Positions 26,188 through 28,496 of a stretch of 28,496 bases of DNA are shown in pieces; position 1 is the first letter of the stretch, and each line of letters opens with the position of its first letter. Below the pieces are notes generated by a model. That model made no database searches, was not told the DNA's origin, and saw nothing but the letters and a program-made list of their open reading frames with translations. This stretch comes from a virus. Lineage: Duplodnaviria > Caudoviricetes. The position numbers and the translations under genes were made by a program. The DNA lies in IMG/VR virus record IMGVR_UViG_3300020352_000028, positions 1-28,496 of that record; one strand, given 5' to 3'.

Positions 26188-28428
26188 ATGGCTCCTCAGT
26201 ACGGCGAAGCTCGCGTTGATTATATTACTTACACCACTGGAGTTGTGCCCAATGAAGGCAATGCGACTGCCTACGTATCTGGCTTGATAAATAATCCTAC
26301 TTTTAGTGGTAACGTAATAATAGAAGGCAATGCCACAATTAATGGTAATTTAAATGTATCTGGTGATATTAATGCCAGTGGTGTAGTTATATCTGGTATC
26401 ACAGGTCTTTTTGATGCTGGCACTGAAACACTACCTTCTATTGCTTTTGCGCTTGATCCAGATACAGGTATTTATAATCCAACTGCAAATGAAATAGGGT
26501 TTAGTACGGGAGGTGCTGAAAGAGTAAGAATTGACAATACGGGTAACGTCGGCATCGGCACAGATATCCCAGGCAGGAATCTAACGATATTTGGTGCTAG
26601 TTTCCCTACCCTACAAATTGCTGATACTGCTGCAGGCACTGCTGCAACTGACGGTACTCTTATTCAACACGGTGGTGGTGACACATACTTAGTAAATAGA
26701 GAATCTGGAAACTTCCGTTTTGTAGTTGACGCATCGGAGAAAGTTCGTATCGATGCCAACGGCAACGTCGGCATCGGGTCTAGCACCCCTGATCAAATCC
26801 TTGATCTCCAGGCCAACGCAACTGGCAGCGTTGCCGGTCCCTTCCTCCGTTTTACTGATGGTTACAGCGGGGGTTGGACCGCCAATACCGACAGTAGTGG
26901 GCTTGAGTTTTTCTCTGCAGATCCTAGTGGTCCTGGTATTGGTGTTCGATCAAAGATTGCAAACACTATTGAAGATACATCCGGAGCAGCGCAGGCTCTT
27001 ACATTTTGGACAACAACTAATACAAGTGGGCAGGCTTTAACTGAACGTCTGCGTATTGCCCACGACGGCGACGTCGGCATCGGCACGACTAGTCCGGATG
27101 CAAAGTTAGAGGTTTCGGGGACCAATGTTACAGCAAAAATCAGACTAACTAGTATATCAAACGGAAGAAACACGTTTGACCCAGACGAAGCAAGTATTAG
27201 TCTGACTGCTGCTTCAATGAATACCACAGCCAAATATACACCTTCAATTAACTTTGGATCTACTGACTCAGCATTTACAACAACAAACCCTAAGTTCGGC
27301 GCTGCTATTAATGCTACGGCAGCTACCTCATATACAGCTGATAACAAAAGAGGGATGGACCTAAATTTCTGGACGGCTACGACGGCCAACGGTACTGATC
27401 ACGGTTTAGTTCAGCGAATGATAATCGAGGCCAACGGCGACGTCGGCATCGGCACGACCAATCCAGCATCTTCCTTGCATATTGCTTCATCTAGTCCAAG
27501 ATTTACTCTTACCGATACCGATACAGGTGTTAATCATCGTATAAACGCTGATTCTAGTGTAGGAAATCTTGCATTTGATGTTGATTTAAACAGCGCGACA
27601 TCTGCACCTTCCTGTATATTTAACATTAAAGGCTCCGAGCGCGTGCGAATCGACAGCACGGGCAGGCTCTTAGTGGGCACGGCTACTGCGTATTTCACCC
27701 CAACTTCCACCATAAATGCGCCGTTGTTGCAAACACATTCGACCAATCCCAACGCTGCCCAGTGCATGGTCACAAGTTGGTCAACAGGGACGAATGTGGG
27801 CGCAAGTTTATCTTTGTGTCGGTCAGACAGTGGAACTGTTGGAACATATTCCCCAGCAATAGGGTCCAGCGATGTTCTTGGAAACGTGCGATTTAACGGG
27901 TCTGATGGAACTAAGTTTATTGAAGGCGCCCGGATTGCGGCATCTGCTGATGGAACATGGGCCACGGACGATGGCCCCGCGAAATTAACGTTCTTCACTA
28001 CTGCCGATGGTGCGTCGAGCGTTACGGAGCGGATGACGATCAACAGCTCGGGCCGTGTCACTGTCAACTCAGGCTTTATTACATTAAACGGCAACAAACT
28101 TGGTGCTATTAGAGTAGTTATTGCTAGTGATGCTTTTGCTACAATTACACCACCAAGAGCAGGTTGCGGATACGTTACAGTTGTAGAAGGTGGTGATGAG
28201 ACATTTCCAAATGCCAACTGTCGTGGATTTCTTTATGCAGACTGGAACAGTTCACCTGTTGCTACTGGGATAGACCTTGGCAGCGCATTTGAGACAAGTA
28301 CAGCCGGGCCGCCTACTGGAACCACAGGCTCTGATTCCCACGCTACTTTATTCGTAGGTGGAGTCGATGGCACACTTTACTTAGAAAATCGATTGGGCGT
28401 TAGTATATTTTTTGTTAACTTCATCTAA
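26188..28428 (+). CDS. tail fibre protein with repeated ER.RI...G(N/D)VGIGT modules
   Basis: 746 aa with four G(N/D)VGIG repeats plus ERVRIDSTGRLLVGT and ERMTINSSG, typical of cyanophage fibres. Confidence 0.85.
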   Translation: MAPQYGEARVDYITYTTGVVPNEGNATAYVSGLINNPTFSGNVIIEGNATINGNLNVSGDINASGVVISGITGLFDAGTETLPSIAFALDPDTGIYNPTANEIGFSTGGAERVRIDNTGNVGIGTDIPGRNLTIFGASFPTLQIADTAAGTAATDGTLIQHGGGDTYLVNRESGNFRFVVDASEKVRIDANGNVGIGSSTPDQILDLQANATGSVAGPFLRFTDGYSGGWTANTDSSGLEFFSADPSGPGIGVRSKIANTIEDTSGAAQALTFWTTTNTSGQALTERLRIAHDGDVGIGTTSPDAKLEVSGTNVTAKIRLTSISNGRNTFDPDEASISLTAASMNTTAKYTPSINFGSTDSAFTTTNPKFGAAINATAATSYTADNKRGMDLNFWTATTANGTDHGLVQRMIIEANGDVGIGTTNPASSLHIASSSPRFTLTDTDTGVNHRINADSSVGNLAFDVDLNSATSAPSCIFNIKGSERVRIDSTGRLLVGTATAYFTPTSTINAPLLQTHSTNPNAAQCMVTSWSTGTNVGASLSLCRSDSGTVGTYSPAIGSSDVLGNVRFNGSDGTKFIEGARIAASADGTWATDDGPAKLTFFTTADGASSVTERMTINSSGRVTVNSGFITLNGNKLGAIRVVIASDAFATITPPRAGCGYVTVVEGGDETFPNANCRGFLYADWNSSPVATGIDLGSAFETSTAGPPTGTTGSDSHATLFVGGVDGTLYLENRLGVSIFFVNFI
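26546..27458 (+). repeat. four exact 13-bp repeats ACGTCGGCATCGG (26546, 26765, 27071, 27440); the last two extend to 25 bp (27065-27089, 27434-27458)
   Basis: Read directly from the sequence. Confidence 0.9.
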
Positions 28429-28439
28429 GGAAAACTTTC

Positions 28440-28496
28440 ATGGCATCACTTTACACCGCACAACGAATCGCCGACACTGAAAACGGTTGGCTGGTC
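28440..28496 (+). CDS. 5' part of a CDS truncated by the window end (MASLYTAQRIADTENGWLV...)
   Basis: ATG 28440 preceded by AAGGA, 11 nt after the fibre stop, and open to the window end. Confidence 0.6.
   Translation, partial: MASLYTAQRIADTENGWLV

Noticed and set aside
26546-27458. Tail-fibre repeats as a CRISPR array or DGR template/variable repeat pair
   Set aside because: The repeats are short, in frame and spaced 219-369 nt apart. There is no adenine-specific mismatch pair and no reverse transcriptase or cas gene in the window.
26862-28217. Long antisense ORFs (175 and 227 aa) in the tail fibre gene
   Set aside because: They are in-register antisense shadows of a Thr/Gly/Ser/Ala-rich gene.
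1-28496. tRNA, rRNA or terminase genes
   Set aside because: None were recognised. Intergenic gaps are short, and no Walker-motif terminase ORF is evident in this window.

Overview
This window is a ~28.5 kb internal segment of a tailed dsDNA cyanophage. The cyanobacterial host is inferred from an hli gene, an NblA-like gene, and a cyanobacterial-type integrase/excisionase relic. The + strand carries a head module (putative portal, scaffold and major capsid), a helix-hairpin-helix protein followed by a UUCG terminator, and a putative head-completion gene. After these come candidate ejected proteins, including a lytic transglycosylase and an M23-like peptidase, then a SWIM-finger protein, an HNH endonuclease, a 1042-aa protein and a GH24 endolysin. 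A mostly - strand block (19.1-23.4 kb) holds hli, DUF3310, dcd, a DNA methyltransferase-like gene and an HTH gene. Two tail-fibre-like genes close the window. The most notable observations are: (1) a ~596-nt out-of-frame overlap between portal and scaffold with a sharp GC/codon shift; (2) two unrelated cell-wall hydrolases sharing a ~62-aa C-terminal tag, one apparently a circularly permuted M23; (3) a recurrent LAG(K/R)(F/Y) terminal motif; (4) a catalytically dead mini tyrosine-recombinase convergent with an Xis-like gene; (5) a basic protein family split into two genes around an inserted zincin; (6) identical GC-rich junction repeats in the tail fibre. All family assignments come from motif recognition and gene order; no database search was run.
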